From: Halocafeteria seosinensis
Lineage: Eukaryota
Length of the DNA: 64,000 nt
Assembly (NCBI GenBank): GCA_001687465.1
Contig: LVLI01000007.1
Coordinates: 1 to 64,000, forward strand
Direction: 5' to 3'
How positions within the stretch are numbered: the first letter of the stretch is position 1; each line of letters opens with the position of its first letter. Positions 62,691-64,000 of this stretch are shown here, one piece after another. The translations under genes and the position numbers were made by a program. The notes beneath the pieces were generated by a model. It did not search any database and was not told the DNA's origin. It saw nothing but the letters and a program-made list of their open reading frames with translations.

Positions 62691-62933
62691 AAACCGTACC
62701 TGTACCTAGACCGTACCTCGGTACGGGTACAGGCGGGGACGGTACAGGTTCCAGGTACGGCCAGGTACACCAGCTCATTTACATGTTCATTATTTTTGGA
62801 TTGCAATGACCTCATACATTTCACTGAATCTCAGCAAAACGTGTGATACCATTTTTAGTTTCATTTGATCAGTCCGTATGGTGTGGATGGATGGAAACTA
62901 TTGAACCCGCGGGTTCTGGAAGTTTTGGGCGAG

Positions 62934-63290
62934 CTACAAGGGGTGTCTGCAGTCCATTTCATTCATCGCAAAGTATGCATTGTTCTTATTTACATACCTA
63001 CCGCAGGCATCATCCTCTATGATGGCGGCTAGAAGTATGAAATCTGATGTATGCCGGCATTTTCCCCCCAGCAAGAAGAGGGAATCCATTGGGATATCTT
63101 GAGTCTCGCTGGTCGAGGTAGATGACGCCGAAGCGCTGCTATGTGCTGTATTTGCAGTGCTGGCCTGGTAGTGAGAAGACGCTCGTACAAACGCGAAGGC
63201 TTCCTTGAAACTTTGGCGACCACCGTCCGAAGTTGTAGAGGAAGTGGAGGCCGAAGCCGCTGCCGCTGCCGAATTATTGGCGGAAGACAT
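62934..63290 (-). CDS. Hypothetical Ser/Ala-rich protein (possibly a first exon)
   Basis: ATG-initiated 118-aa ORF; no family recognised. Confidence 0.35.
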   Translation of the reverse strand: MSSANNSAAAAASASTSSTTSDGGRQSFKEAFAFVRASSHYQASTANTAHSSASASSTSTSETQDIPMDSLFLLGGKCRHTSDFILLAAIIEDDACGRYVNKNNAYFAMNEMDCRHPL

Positions 63291-63407
63291 GACGTAAATT
63301 TCTCAGGTCTTGTTAGTTACAGCATCCTTACGATAGTGTTGGGAGGAATTTTATACTATATAAAAGGGAAAACTGGAAATCTTGACAACTTATCGAATCC
63401 TAACAAA

Positions 63408-63816
63408 GTGTCTTCGACCCAGGAAGGAGATCCTGGGCAACACCAGCAAGTGCGCACTGAAACCGGCAAGCAGCAGGAATCGTCGCTTCATTCGGTAGCC
63501 AACTTGGGGGAGAGAATCTGGGACAGCATCATTACTCCAGGGACAGCCCCGGGACTTCTCCTGGTGATCAACATTGCGACAGTAGGCATGCTCCTGTGCC
63601 TCGTCTTTACAATTCTCATAGGCTACGGTAATATCCACGTCTACGCGTTAGGAGGACTTGGAATCTGCCTGCTAGCCTCAGTGAACTGGTATGTTTTGCC
63701 TTTGGAGTGCGTGCCGTCGCCTTTCCTTGCAATGCGCAATTAAGTGCTGCAGGTTCGTGCATGAGATGTGGGCATTCGAGGCATCCCAACAAGCGGAAGC
63801 AGACAAGAAGAAGTAA
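63408..63816 (+). CDS. PKR1: V-ATPase assembly factor Pkr1-like membrane protein, 2 exons; start codon uncertain
   Basis: IWDSIITPGTAPGLLLVIN, two hydrophobic helices, NIHVYAL and LLASVNW|FVHE across intron 63689-63751; lysine-rich C-terminus DKKK. Confidence 0.75.
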
Positions 63817-64000
63817 ACTCCTTGGTTTATATCAACATGGATGGGTTGGTTTGAGGACAATGGTAGATGGTAGCATTCTGAGTATAATGTATTCTAGGAA
63901 CGGGAAGTAGTCCCTTCTCGCCTTAACCAGCACTGCATGATATCTAGGGTGCCATCACGAAAGTCACCGTGCATACATTCCTGTGGCACCCTTTTTATGT

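Overview
Gene-dense eukaryotic DNA with short GT-AG introns (mostly 60-90 nt) from a flagellated protist; a stramenopile-like origin is my inference, not established. Conserved genes recognised: CFAP54, NDUFV1, importin alpha, a dual-specificity phosphatase, SPATA4-like, GSTZ1, Rab1, TOE1/CAF1-like deadenylase, a DPY-30/GAF radial-spoke-like protein, LSM11-like, RPL18A and PKR1-like. Accessory material lies between them: four dispersed copies of a 24-aa-LRR gene family sharing an unrecognised N-terminal domain, an RI-like LRR gene, a decayed RLE-type (CRE-like) non-LTR retrotransposon with three more 3'-end fragments, a partly duplicated P-loop ATPase, a bacterial-like GNAT and a Crinkler-like NTPase-nuclease preceded by symmetric mini-exons. 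The most striking item is an in-frame fusion of a complete canonical ubiquitin to a full-length poly(A)-binding protein (35618-37913). Also notable are an LSM11 with a WW domain inside its Sm fold and an IMP2-like peptidase lacking both catalytic residues. All calls come from manual motif recognition; no database search was run.
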